NCBI GenBank assembly: GCA_965140415.1
Contig: OZ223209.1
Span: forward strand, 1,408,001 to 1,472,000
Direction of reading: 5' to 3'
DNA: 64,000 bases
From: Myxococcota bacterium
Lineage (GTDB): Bacteria; Myxococcota_A; SURF-8
Shown here: one piece after another, positions 49,147-60,485 of the stretch
How the letters are laid out: the number at the start of each line of letters is the position of its first letter
Position numbering within the stretch: the stretch's first letter is position 1
Program-made: the position numbers and the translations under genes
The notes under the pieces: model-generated
The model's input: the letters and a program-made list of their open reading frames with translations, nothing else
Told to the model about the DNA's origin: nothing
Databases searched by the model: none

Positions 49147-49255
49147 TCATTTTCCTAGTAATCGGGAAAGAATATGTTAATCTTCGGGGCGCATCTGGGA
49201 TGCGATACCCCAGTTGTTTTGATTAATCCTTAAGGGAATAGAATAGGAATCGATT

Positions 49256-50314
49256 ATGGCTGTTACCGAGCAACAAATCATTCAAGCACTGTCCACCGTC
49301 AACGATCCCGAAATCAAGCGGGATCTGGTAAGTCTGGGCATGATCAAGGACATCAAGGTTGAAGACGGAGCGGTGTCGTTCCAGGTCGAGTTGACCACCC
49401 CTGCCTGTCCGCTGAAGAATACCATTCGCGAGGACTGCGAAAAGGCGGTTAAAGCGGTTGAAGGCGTCACGGATGTAACCATCGAATTCGGTGCGAAAGT
49501 ACGTCACAATGTCGCCAGTACCGATGATAACCTGATTCCGGGTGTGAAGAACGTCATTCTCGTCGGATCGGGTAAAGGTGGTGTGGGTAAATCCACCGTC
49601 GCATTGAATCTGGCCTGTGCATTGGTGAAGCAGGGTGCGAGCGTTGGCTTGATGGACGCCGATGTCTACGGTCCTTCTATCCCGACCATGTTGAACGCCG
49701 TTCATGCGCGTCCCACAATGGATCACAACCGCGAAAAGATCTTCCCATTGGAAATCGAGGGCCTGAAAGTCATGTCGGTCGGTTTCATGATGGAAGCCAA
49801 TACCCCGGTCATCTGGCGTGGTCCGATGCTTTCCAGCCTGATTACCCAGTTTTTATCCGATGTGGCGTGGGGCGAGTTGGATTATATGGTGGTTGATCTT
49901 CCTCCGGGCACCGGCGATGTGCAACTAACTTTTGCACAGAAAATCAAGGCTACCGGGGCCGTGTTGGTTACAACTCCTCAGAACGTGGCTCTTTCCGATG
50001 TGTACCGCGCGAAGTACATGTTCGATAAGGTCGAAGTTCCGGTGCTGGGCTTGATCGAGAACATGAGTACCTTTATTTGTCCCGATTGCGGCAAAGCACA
50101 CGAGATTTTCCGCAGCGGTGGCGGTGAGCGCGCCAGCCAGGATCTGGGAATTCGCTTGTTTGGCAAGATTCCTATCGATCCGGAGATCAGCCAGGGCGGT
50201 GATGCCGGTAAGCCGGCAGTGTTGGCACATCCCGACAGTGCCTATGCCAAGACCTTTATTGAAGTGGCACAACTGATTGCCAGCAAGCTTTGTTCGGATA
50301 CGCTAAACGCCTGA
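49256..50314 (+). CDS. apbC: Mrp/ApbC (NBP35 family) Fe-S carrier ATPase with DUF59 N-domain
   Basis: DPEI, LTTPACP, SGKGGVGKST, DADVYGPS, WRGPM, DLPPGTGD, VTTPQ, ENMS-CPDC. Confidence 0.95.
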   Translation: MAVTEQQIIQALSTVNDPEIKRDLVSLGMIKDIKVEDGAVSFQVELTTPACPLKNTIREDCEKAVKAVEGVTDVTIEFGAKVRHNVASTDDNLIPGVKNVILVGSGKGGVGKSTVALNLACALVKQGASVGLMDADVYGPSIPTMLNAVHARPTMDHNREKIFPLEIEGLKVMSVGFMMEANTPVIWRGPMLSSLITQFLSDVAWGELDYMVVDLPPGTGDVQLTFAQKIKATGAVLVTTPQNVALSDVYRAKYMFDKVEVPVLGLIENMSTFICPDCGKAHEIFRSGGGERASQDLGIRLFGKIPIDPEISQGGDAGKPAVLAHPDSAYAKTFIEVAQLIASKLCSDTLNA

Positions 50315-50349
50315 TCCGTTAGCAGCACAGTAAAATTGGTCAGCAAATT

Positions 50350-50389
50350 ACTCCTCCGGCCAGATACAGGTCGGGGGAGTTTTCTTTTT
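50350..50389 (+). terminator. Intrinsic terminator after apbC
   Basis: ACTCCTCCGGCC-7nt-GGTCGGGGGAGT followed by TTTCTTTTT. Confidence 0.75.
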
Positions 50390-50656
50390 ATAATGTATAG
50401 ACCGGGTTACTCGATTTGATTTCAGGTCTTGGGTGCTGTGGACCAGCGAAGGATCTTGTGCAAATAGTATGAGATTCACCGTTTTTACCTCTGAATAATG
50501 GTATTGCCCGGTCATAAGGATCAAATGAAAATTAGGATGGAGTCAGTACAGTCAGGTAGAAATTACCGCTTTTTAGCTATTCAAAATTACATATAGTTCG
50601 TGAGTTAACATATATTTAATATCTCTATATCATTAATATTATTAGCGTCTTAGGTG

Positions 50657-50749
50657 AGTGACAAAAAACGTCACTGACGATTAAGGGACTATTAACAGGG
50701 TGTCAAACTTTGTCACCCCCGAAATTTCAGAATTGGACAGAGTATGTCC
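50657..50749. promoter_or_regulatory. Three GAC-N7-GTC-type palindromes: candidate enhancer (PilR-like bEBP) sites
   Basis: AGTGAC-N7-GTCACT (50657-75), GTGTC-N7-GTCAC (50700-16), GGAC-N7-GTCC (50735-49), upstream of the sigma-54 promoter. Confidence 0.65.
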
Positions 50750-50811
50750 GGTATCCTGGAATTGTGATGTGTTTTTGAACAGATAAAAAAAACAAAAAGA
50801 AAAATTGCAAT

Positions 50812-50828
50812 TTGGCACAGCCCTTGCT
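50812..50828 (+). promoter_or_regulatory. Sigma-54 (RpoN) -24/-12 promoter of pilA
   Basis: TTGGCACAGCCCTTGCT: GG and GC separated by exactly 10 nt, consensus TGGCAC-N5-TTGC. Confidence 0.9.
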
Positions 50829-50884
50829 TATTAACCTGACCATTGAAAGTTTAGTCGTTTTTTTAATTCCGTTAGGAGGGTGAG

Positions 50885-51262
50885 ATGAAAAAAGGTTTTA
50901 CGTTGATTGAGTTGATGATCGTTGTCGCCATTATCGGTATCTTGGCTGCCGTCGCTATCCCGGCTTATTCCGAGTATGTGAAGAAGAGCCGCGAAGCTGA
51001 AGCCGTCAACGCCCTGGGCGACATCCGCACCGCGCAGATTGCTTACAACGAGGATCCGGCTGCGGGTAATGGCTCTTATGCTAGTGACATTGCTGCTCTG
51101 GGTTGGAAGCTGGACAAAACCGGTACCCTCGGCAATCCGCCTGCTAACTACGGCTACGCCACCAACAGCACCGCCTGGAGCCAGGCTATCGCTGGCCAGC
51201 CCTCCAAGGTCGTCCATGGAACCATCGAGTTGACTCGCACCGGAACGCTGGAGTACAAGTAA
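50885..51262 (+). CDS. pilA: Type IVa major pilin
   Basis: [28 protein letters not shown] prepilin motif; AGGAGG RBS; own sigma-54 promoter and terminator. Confidence 0.93.
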   Translation: MKKGFTLIELMIVVAIIGILAAVAIPAYSEYVKKSREAEAVNALGDIRTAQIAYNEDPAAGNGSYASDIAALGWKLDKTGTLGNPPANYGYATNSTAWSQAIAGQPSKVVHGTIELTRTGTLEYK

Positions 51263-51285
51263 TCAATCACAAATTTTGTGATCGG

Positions 51286-51316
51286 AATCCCCGCCTTCGG
51301 GCGGGGATTTTTTTTT
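51286..51316 (+). terminator. Intrinsic terminator after pilA
   Basis: AATCCCCGCC-TTCG-GGCGGGGATT followed by a long T run. Confidence 0.92.
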
Positions 51317-51401
51317 GCTTAAATCTTGCCGAAAAAGCCTTGACAGTCAAGCGGTGGAAATTATCTTATAATCGTTGATTGTTTTTATAAGGGAGTTTTG
51401 C

Positions 51402-52271
51402 GTGGATCGTCGTAGACGGTTGATTATGTGGGGTGTTTTCCTGGCGTTGCTGGTCGGGTACTTGTTTGTTGAAGCGGATATCAAGCAACGTGAGCGGCCC
51501 TCACAAGGTGTGGAGCAGAACAATTATATTGTCAGCCGATCCACCGCGCCTTTGATTTCAATGGGTTTCCAAAATTTATGGGCGGATTTCGTATTATTGC
51601 AAGCCCAGTTTTTTTATAACGAGCGTCGTAAATATCGTTTATATGAAGATGGCAAACAGCTGAGAAAGCTGATAGAACTGGTTTTTACCCTTGATCCGAG
51701 ATACACCATCGCAGCCCGATTCGCCAATTTCGCGCTGGGAGAGTCCTGGCGGGAAATGGGAGTGGCTGATGCTAATGAACTTCTTGAAATGGCTTGGAAA
51801 TTAAATCCTGATGAATACAGGTTGCCCATGTATATCGGGTATAATTATTTCCTTTCAAGCCACAATGCCGAACAGGTTGTAAAGTGGATGAAGATCGCCC
51901 TGCGCAACCCAGAGGCGCCCCGGCGGCTGCTTTGGATTGTCGAAGAGGCGGAAAAGGGACGTTTCAGCGGTTATGGCAGTTTGCGTCATATTATCTGCAC
52001 ACAATGTGAACAGGCCGAGGATGCCACTCAGAAAAAGGTGTTTTGCACGCGTTGCCGTTTATACTCGATCCTGGTGCAACTGGAACAATTGCGCGAGCGC
52101 TACGAACAGCAGCAGGGACGGCCACTCGATAGCGTGCGGGATCTTGTAAGCGCAGGATATTTGCGACATTTGCCCAGCGATCCGTTGCAGGGGGAATGGG
52201 TAATCATGCGAGATGGCCGCATCAACAGTAGCTTGAATCTTCCCAATGGTGAAAAGAATCAAGGGGTGTGA
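51402..52271 (+). CDS. Pilin-associated membrane-anchored TPR-like protein (PilG/XapA-like)
   Basis: N-terminal TM, GFQNLWADF, TLDPRY, pilin-like C-terminus (GRPLDSVRDLVSAGYLRHLPSDP); position between pilA and the ABC genes; GTG 51402 after AGGGAG. Confidence 0.7.
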   Translation: MDRRRRLIMWGVFLALLVGYLFVEADIKQRERPSQGVEQNNYIVSRSTAPLISMGFQNLWADFVLLQAQFFYNERRKYRLYEDGKQLRKLIELVFTLDPRYTIAARFANFALGESWREMGVADANELLEMAWKLNPDEYRLPMYIGYNYFLSSHNAEQVVKWMKIALRNPEAPRRLLWIVEEAEKGRFSGYGSLRHIICTQCEQAEDATQKKVFCTRCRLYSILVQLEQLRERYEQQQGRPLDSVRDLVSAGYLRHLPSDPLQGEWVIMRDGRINSSLNLPNGEKNQGV

Positions 52272-53234
52272 ATGCGAACCGTACTGCAAACAAAAGGATT
52301 GAAAAAGCACTATAAATCAAACTTCCAGGTACGCACCATCAAAGCACTGGATGGCATCGATCTGGACGTTAACGAAGGTGAAGTGTATGGTTTTATTGGC
52401 CACAACGGAGCCGGTAAAACGACTACCATAAAAATCCTCACCGGCTTGATTCGCGCTACGGGTGGCACAGCGGAAATCATGGGTCAGCCTGTGGGACACA
52501 AGAAAACCTTGGAACAGGTCGGTTTTTTACCTGAACGACCGTATTTTTACGAGTATTTATCCGCGCGTGAGGCCTTGGTGTTTTATGGACGCCTAAATGG
52601 CATGTCGCGCGCGGAAATCAGTCGGCGTTCCGAGGAACTATTGCATCTGTTGGATCTAGAGCATGCTGCCGACCGTCCCTTGAATTCCTATTCGAAAGGC
52701 ATGTTGCAGCGTTTAGGAATGGCCCAAGCTGTGTTGCACGACCCGCACCTGGTGATTCTGGATGAGCCTATGAGTGGGTTGGATCCAGTTGGGCGAGGAC
52801 AAATAAAGGATATCATTCAGCTATTACGAAAACGTGGGAAAACGATTTTCTTTAGCACTCATATTCTGGCCGATGTCGAGCAACTCTGTGACCGGGTTGC
52901 TCTGGTCGCTAACGGCAAGATGTGGTATTCGGGAACGGTGGACGGTCTGACCAGTCAGTACCAGCAGGGCTACGAATTCACGCTGCTTGGACTGACGGAA
53001 GAGCAGCAGCGTTTCTGCGAGTCCTTGGGAGGCCATATCCAGGAAAAGCTGGATAAGCTGGTAATGAGTCTGCCTGAACTGAATGAGCCTGGAGATGTGG
53101 CGTTGAAGTTACTGCAACAGGGGATTTCTATCGAGTCCATGGCACCTCAGCGCATGAGTCTGGAAGAAATTTTCGTTAACGAATTCAAGAAAGAAGAGGA
53201 GGCATCGGGTGAAGGTCTTCGCGATCGCGCTTAA
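52272..53234 (+). CDS. ABC transporter ATP-binding protein (PilH/XapD-like)
   Basis: GHNGAGKTT, YSKGMLQR, ILDEPMSGLDP, STHIL. Confidence 0.93.
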   Translation: MRTVLQTKGLKKHYKSNFQVRTIKALDGIDLDVNEGEVYGFIGHNGAGKTTTIKILTGLIRATGGTAEIMGQPVGHKKTLEQVGFLPERPYFYEYLSAREALVFYGRLNGMSRAEISRRSEELLHLLDLEHAADRPLNSYSKGMLQRLGMAQAVLHDPHLVILDEPMSGLDPVGRGQIKDIIQLLRKRGKTIFFSTHILADVEQLCDRVALVANGKMWYSGTVDGLTSQYQQGYEFTLLGLTEEQQRFCESLGGHIQEKLDKLVMSLPELNEPGDVALKLLQQGISIESMAPQRMSLEEIFVNEFKKEEEASGEGLRDRA

Positions 53235-53976
53235 TACCTTCCGCGAGGCGGTTCGAAACAAGGTGTTTTACACCTTGCTCTTTTTCGCCATTGCATTCGC
53301 CGGATTTTCGGTGTCGCTATCCACGATGGTCCTGGGTGACATCATCCACATGATCATCAACATGGGACTGGCCAATATCGAGGTCTTCGGCACTTTAATC
53401 GCCATTTTCGTCGGTGTTAGCCTGGTCTATAAAGAGTTGGAAAGGCGCACCATATACACCATCATTACCCGTCCCATTCAGCGTTACCAGTTCATATTGG
53501 GGAAATATCTGGGCTTGCTGTTGACGCTGGTCGTGGAAATTCTAATCATGATGGCGGTGTTTTTCCTGATTCTTGCATTATGGGACGCAGCGGACCGTAT
53601 CCCGGAATTACTGGTGGGGATCTGGCTGATTTTCATCAAGTTAGCGCTGATTACCGCCGTGGCGGTCTTTTTCTCCTCCTTGTCCACTCCGATTCTGTCC
53701 GGTATGTTTACCTTGGCGTTCTACATTATCGGCAACACGAGTTTCTACCTAACACAATTGGTTGATCCGGCTAACAATCCGGTATTAGCCACATTTTTAC
53801 GGGTTCTGACCTTCGTACTGCCCGATTTCAGCTATCTCGACATCAAAGCGCAAATCGTGTACCAGCAGCCGATTGAAGCAACATACGTCGTTCAAGCGAC
53901 GGGCTATGCGCTTTTCTATTTAATGACAGTGCTTGTGCTTTCGGCATTGATCTTCGACCGCAAGGACATGAAGTAG
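53209..53976 (+). CDS. ABC-2 type permease (PilI/XapB-like)
   Basis: IALNTFREAVRNK, KELERRTIY, RYQFILGKYLG, multiple TM segments, FDRKD. Confidence 0.9.
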   Translation: MKVFAIALNTFREAVRNKVFYTLLFFAIAFAGFSVSLSTMVLGDIIHMIINMGLANIEVFGTLIAIFVGVSLVYKELERRTIYTIITRPIQRYQFILGKYLGLLLTLVVEILIMMAVFFLILALWDAADRIPELLVGIWLIFIKLALITAVAVFFSSLSTPILSGMFTLAFYIIGNTSFYLTQLVDPANNPVLATFLRVLTFVLPDFSYLDIKAQIVYQQPIEATYVVQATGYALFYLMTVLVLSALIFDRKDMK

Positions 53977-54027
53977 CGATAGATCGCCAGGCTTTGTAGA
54001 AAACCGACAGCAACTGTTGTTCCATGC

Positions 54028-54056
54028 TTGACAGCGTAGACCTTTCCCGGTATTCT
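54028..54056 (+). promoter_or_regulatory. Sigma-70 promoter of guaBA
   Basis: TTGACA-17-TATTCT. Confidence 0.75.
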
Positions 54057-54141
54057 CTCGCAACTCAAGGCTGAGAGGATCACTGTAGCTGGCGTCCTAT
54101 CACTACAGACGGGGTGATCCCGTAATAAACCAACCATTTGA

Positions 54142-55623
<1,482 letters not shown>

Positions 55624-55706
55624 GCCGGAAGGATCGATAACGAAGAAGGTCTGGTTTTAGTTAACGCCCGCGTATGCGGGCGTTGTTGCTGGAATGGAAA
55701 ACGCAC

Positions 55707-57269
55707 ATGCAACATGAAAGTATTCTGATTCTCGATTTTGGTTCACAATATACACAACTGATCGCGCGACGTATCCGCGAATTGAACGTTTATTGCGAAA
55801 TTCATCCCTGCACCATGAGCGCTGCGGATATTCGCTCGATGCAACCCAAGGGCATCGTGCTGTCGGGTGGCCCTTCTTCCACTACCGATCCCGATGCGCC
55901 TTCCGCGCCGGAGGGATTGTGGGAGATCGACGTTCCCATGCTGGGAATTTGCTACGGCATGCAGTTGATGGCTCGGGATCTGGGAGGCCGGATTGTCAAG
56001 GCCACCGAACGGGAATACGGATATGCCAGGATTGAAGCGGCGGATGGTGGTTGCTTCTTCGAGCATGTGCAGGGCGCAGACAAAAGCGAAGCGGGTGCGC
56101 GCCTGATCGACGTGTGGATGAGCCACGGCGACCGCGTGGATGCTGCGCCTGAAGGCTTTTCGGTGCTGGCCAGGACGGGAAATTGTCCCGTTGCGGCGAT
56201 GGAGAAGGATGGCCGTTATGTCGGCGTGCAGTTCCACCCGGAAGTCAGCCATACTCCCGAAGGTCGCACGATGCTGAAGAATTTTGTTTTCTCCATGTGC
56301 GGTTGTTCCGGTGACTGGACCACCGAGAATTTCATCGACGAAACGGTGGCGCGCTTGAAAGAGCAGATCGGCGATGAGCGTGTCGTGCTGGGCCTGTCCG
56401 GTGGCGTGGATAGCTCGGTGGCAGCGGCTTTATTGGATCGCGCCATCGGTGAGAATTTGACTTGCATTTTAGTGGACAACGGACTGATGCGCATGAATGA
56501 GGCACAGGATGTGGCCAATACCTTCCGCAAGTTGAGCCGAATGAACCTGAAGGTGGTCGATGCATCCGAGCGTTTTCTTTCGTTACTGAAGGGTGTTACC
56601 GACCCGGAGAAAAAGCGCAAGATTATCGGGGCTACTTTTATCGAAGTTTTCGAGCAGGAAGCCAAGACGCTGGGAGACGTCCGTTTTTTGGGACAGGGCA
56701 CCATTTACCCGGATGTCATCGAGTCCACCAGTTTCAAGGGACCGTCGGCCACGATTAAAAGTCACCACAATGTGGGTGGACTGCCGGAGCGCATGAATAT
56801 GAGCCTGGTAGAGCCGTTGCGTGAACTGTTCAAAGATGAAGTGCGCAAGCTAGGCTATGCTTTAGGTCTGCCCAAACTGCTGGTTGGACGTCATCCCTTC
56901 CCCGGACCGGGTCTGGCGGTGCGAGTATTGGGCGAAGTGACGCGCGAGCGTTGTGATATTCTGCGTAAGGCCGACGCCATTTACATCGAGGAAATCGAAC
57001 AGGCGGGCTGGTACGACAAGATCGCTCAGGCGTTCGCCGTGCTATTGCCGGTGAAGTCGGTAGGAGTCATGGGCGACGAGCGCACGCATGAAAACGTACT
57101 AGCGCTGCGAGCGGTAAACACGACCGATTTCATGACCGCCGACTGGACGCATCTACCCTACGAATTATTGGCGCGCATCAGCAACCGCATTATCAATGAG
57201 GTTGTGGGAATCAATCGCGTCGCCTACGATATCAGCAGCAAACCGCCTGCAACCATCGAGTGGGAATAG
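55707..57269 (+). CDS. guaA: GMP synthase (glutamine-hydrolysing)
   Basis: [60 protein letters not shown]. Confidence 0.99.
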   Translation: MQHESILILDFGSQYTQLIARRIRELNVYCEIHPCTMSAADIRSMQPKGIVLSGGPSSTTDPDAPSAPEGLWEIDVPMLGICYGMQLMARDLGGRIVKATEREYGYARIEAADGGCFFEHVQGADKSEAGARLIDVWMSHGDRVDAAPEGFSVLARTGNCPVAAMEKDGRYVGVQFHPEVSHTPEGRTMLKNFVFSMCGCSGDWTTENFIDETVARLKEQIGDERVVLGLSGGVDSSVAAALLDRAIGENLTCILVDNGLMRMNEAQDVANTFRKLSRMNLKVVDASERFLSLLKGVTDPEKKRKIIGATFIEVFEQEAKTLGDVRFLGQGTIYPDVIESTSFKGPSATIKSHHNVGGLPERMNMSLVEPLRELFKDEVRKLGYALGLPKLLVGRHPFPGPGLAVRVLGEVTRERCDILRKADAIYIEEIEQAGWYDKIAQAFAVLLPVKSVGVMGDERTHENVLALRAVNTTDFMTADWTHLPYELLARISNRIINEVVGINRVAYDISSKPPATIEWE

Positions 57270-57579
57270 AAGTTACTGCATCTCACCTCTTTTTCCTTCT
57301 CAATGTTTAGTGAATTCTTTACTAAACGTAAAAACCGACATTGTTAAATCGGCTCTCCAATCTTGATAGCGATTGACGTAGTCAATGCACTTCGCTACAC
57401 TAGACTCACTGTTCTGAAAAATGCTTGGGGTTCAAACATGAGCGATACAAATCAGACATTATGTGGACCTTTACGCAAAGAAAACCCCTAATGTACGATT
57501 GATACTGTTCAGGCTGTTTAAAAGCCGGTGCAGGGTATCGATACTTCATAGGTATATTAGCAATTTAGTTCGGGTGTTG

Positions 57580-59817
57580 ATGCACATGGCAAGAGAAAGC
57601 CGACAGTTCTTATTGCTGATCCTGATCATGATGGCGGTAGCCGCATGTGTGAGCGGTGTCACCTACTTCATTCTCTATAAGGCAGCGTTTGACGGCCAAC
57701 GGGAAAGGTTGCGGGAAACCGCGCAAAGTCGGGCGAGCCTGATCGAATCCGTAGCACGTTTCGATATGGAATTCAGTGAAAATGATGCACCAGGGGGAGC
57801 CTTCGAAGCCACCATGTCGCAAATCGTCAAAGCTCATGACGAGTTTCAGGGATTTGGTAAAACTGGTGAGTTTACGTTGGGTCAGCGGACAGGCGATAAG
57901 ATTGTATTTCTATTAAGTCACCGCCACGGAAAAGATGCTGAAAATCCAAAACCGATTGATATCAAATCCGAACTTGCAGAACCCATGCGGTTGGCTTTGT
58001 GTGGAAAGTCCGGCACCTTGATCGGCTTGGATTATCGCGGTGTTTTGGTCTTGGCTGCTCATGAACCGGTAGGCGTATACGGATTGGGTATCGTTGCTAA
58101 AATCGACGTGGCTGAAGTAAGGGAACCATTTATAAAAGCTGCGCTATTGGCTTTGGCGTTTCTATTTGTGTTCGGATTATTGGGAGCTTTTATTTTTCTG
58201 CGTGTCGCAAATCCGATTGTAAAGCGGTTGAGAGAAAACACTCGTCGAATAGAGCGAGAAATGGAGCGGCGCGCACAGGCATCTCTGGCGCTTGATGAAG
58301 AGAAAAAACGCCTGGAAAGTTTGATGAACAATTTGCAGGGCATGGTGTATCGTTGTCGCAACGAACCGGATTGGCCAATGGAGTTTGTCAGTCGTAGTGG
58401 TGTAGAACTACTTGGGTATACCCCCGAAGAACTTACGGACGGCTCGGTGATTTATGGCGATCTGATTCATGAAAGCGATAAAGAGCGTGTATGGGATATC
58501 GTGCAGGAAGCGATTGAGAACGATGTTCCATACAAAATGGAGTTCCGTCTTCACGACCGCACGGGAAATGAAAAGTGGGTCTGGGAACAGGGTGAAAAGC
58601 GTTATCTGGAAGCGGAAAATCGCTTTGTGTTGGAAGGTATCGTAACCGATATTACCGAGCAGAAGAATCTCGAAAACCAGATTATGCAGTCGCATAAAAT
58701 GGAAGCAGTGGGACGCCTGGCCGGTGGTATCGCTCACGATTTCAACAATCTGCTTACCGGGATAAGTGGCAATGTGTCACTCGCTATGATGGATGTCAGC
58801 CCGCAAGATCCATTTTATGAAAGTCTGTTGGAAATTAACGAGGCGGCGCGTCGTGCTGGAGATTTAACCAGGCAGTTATTGGCTTTCAGTCGCAAACAGC
58901 TGATTTCGCCGAAGGTGATCGGTCCTAATCAACTGCTTTCTAATCTGGAAAAAATGCTGGGACGGCTGATCGGAGAAGATATCGATCTGGTGTGGAAAAT
59001 GGCCGAGAATATATGCAACGTTAAGGTTGATCCGGGGCAGATCGAACAGGTGGTGATCAACCTCGCGGTAAATGCGCGTGATGCCATGCCCGATGGTGGA
59101 AAACTGACCATCGAAACTGCGAATGTAGAATTGGATGAGGAATATGTCGCACATCACTCTCAGATCGAAAGCGGTTCTTATGTGATGATCGCAGTGAGCG
59201 ACGATGGTGCCGGCATGGATGAGGAAACGAAGAGTAAAATATTCGAGCCGTTTTTTACAACGAAGAAGGAAGGCAAAGGAACGGGGTTGGGGTTGGCGAC
59301 GACGTTCGGCATTGTCAAACAGCATAAGGGCGGTCTGGAAGTCTATTCGGAGTTGGGACAGGGAACGACTTTTAAAGTATATCTACCTGCGGTACAAGAA
59401 ATCGTTCAGTCTGAATATAGTCAAAGTCGTTTAAATGCGCTTCCTCGCGGAAATGAAACGGTGCTCGTTGTGGAAGACGAAGAAATCGTACGCAATGTAG
59501 CGATTAAAACCTTGCGTCGTCAGGGGTACAATATACTTTTCGCGGGCAGCGGCCCTGAAGCATTGGCACTGCTGAAAGACGAACCCAAGAAGATCGATTT
59601 ACTGATGACCGACATCGTCATGCCGAATATGAACGGAAAGCAATTATCTGAAGAGTTGCATAAAGTCTATCCGAATCTGAAAACGTTGTTTACTTCCGGT
59701 TACACCGAAAACGTAATCGCTCACCATGGTGTACTGGATGAAGGCGTGAACTTCATCGGCAAACCTTACACACCAAATGCGCTTGCCGAACGAATTCGAG
59801 CGATTCTGGACGAATGA
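57580..59817 (+). CDS. Hybrid sensor histidine kinase (2 TM with periplasmic sensor, PAS, HisKA, HATPase, receiver)
   Basis: KMEAVGRLAGGIAHDFNNLL, NARDAM, FEPFFTTK, GTGLGL, VVEDE, LMTDIVMP, TSGY, KP; start uncertain (57463, 57580 or 57586). Confidence 0.95.
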   Translation: MHMARESRQFLLLILIMMAVAACVSGVTYFILYKAAFDGQRERLRETAQSRASLIESVARFDMEFSENDAPGGAFEATMSQIVKAHDEFQGFGKTGEFTLGQRTGDKIVFLLSHRHGKDAENPKPIDIKSELAEPMRLALCGKSGTLIGLDYRGVLVLAAHEPVGVYGLGIVAKIDVAEVREPFIKAALLALAFLFVFGLLGAFIFLRVANPIVKRLRENTRRIEREMERRAQASLALDEEKKRLESLMNNLQGMVYRCRNEPDWPMEFVSRSGVELLGYTPEELTDGSVIYGDLIHESDKERVWDIVQEAIENDVPYKMEFRLHDRTGNEKWVWEQGEKRYLEAENRFVLEGIVTDITEQKNLENQIMQSHKMEAVGRLAGGIAHDFNNLLTGISGNVSLAMMDVSPQDPFYESLLEINEAARRAGDLTRQLLAFSRKQLISPKVIGPNQLLSNLEKMLGRLIGEDIDLVWKMAENICNVKVDPGQIEQVVINLAVNARDAMPDGGKLTIETANVELDEEYVAHHSQIESGSYVMIAVSDDGAGMDEETKSKIFEPFFTTKKEGKGTGLGLATTFGIVKQHKGGLEVYSELGQGTTFKVYLPAVQEIVQSEYSQSRLNALPRGNETVLVVEDEEIVRNVAIKTLRRQGYNILFAGSGPEALALLKDEPKKIDLLMTDIVMPNMNGKQLSEELHKVYPNLKTLFTSGYTENVIAHHGVLDEGVNFIGKPYTPNALAERIRAILDE

Positions 59818-59866
59818 AAGAAACTACTACAAAACGCCACTCAGTGCCCCCAATCGGATGATTGCG

Positions 59867-60307
59867 TCAGGCTAACTTTTCGTAGTCGTCACTGTGTTTC
59901 AAACCGGCTAGCAAATCCCGAATCTGTTGCGGTGGAACTACCAGCTTTCTTTCGCGAAGATCGAGCCAGCCACCGAAAGACGTTACGGTCGCAGCCAGTT
60001 GGCCGTCTTCTTTATAAAATTCGTTTCTAAGGCGCATCTTCGAAGCATCATCGGAAAGCCCGGCAATAAACAACTTTACAAGCACCGTTTCCATCAGGCG
60101 GATTTCCCGGTAATATTCCAACTCGTCGCGTCGAACGACAGGCCCTACGCCGAGTTTCATGAATGCTTGCATGGAAAGACCGTTTTCTTTGAAGAACATC
60201 ATGCGGCAATCGGAAGCCATATCCAGAAAAGCGCGATTGGCCATGTGACCGTTGTAATCCATCAGGCCCCAGCCTGCTACAATTTGCGTTTTGTATTCCT
60301 TATTCAT
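59867..60307 (-). CDS. Acyl-CoA thioesterase (4HBT/hotdog fold)
   Basis: WGLMDYNGHMAN, GPVV, YYREI, GGWLDLRERKL. Confidence 0.88.
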   Translation of the reverse strand: MNKEYKTQIVAGWGLMDYNGHMANRAFLDMASDCRMMFFKENGLSMQAFMKLGVGPVVRRDELEYYREIRLMETVLVKLFIAGLSDDASKMRLRNEFYKEDGQLAATVTSFGGWLDLRERKLVVPPQQIRDLLAGLKHSDDYEKLA

Positions 60308-60430
60308 TTCCATTTCCTGCATAAAGCTGAAAGAACGGATTCATTAAGTGCGGCATCATATTTTAAAACTTCGGAAAAAGAAAGAGGTTTACTTGAGGGC
60401 CGTTGGCGTTCGGGAAGACTAAAGGCTATA

Positions 60431-60457
60431 AAACAAAAACCCCGGCAAAAGCCGGGG
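60431..60457 (-). terminator. Intrinsic terminator of the FecR-domain operon
   Basis: CCCCGGC-aaaa-GCCGGGG with an A run on the left (U-tract on the minus strand). Confidence 0.8.
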
Positions 60458-60485
60458 AATTCAAATCGATCATGTTGGTCTTGAT

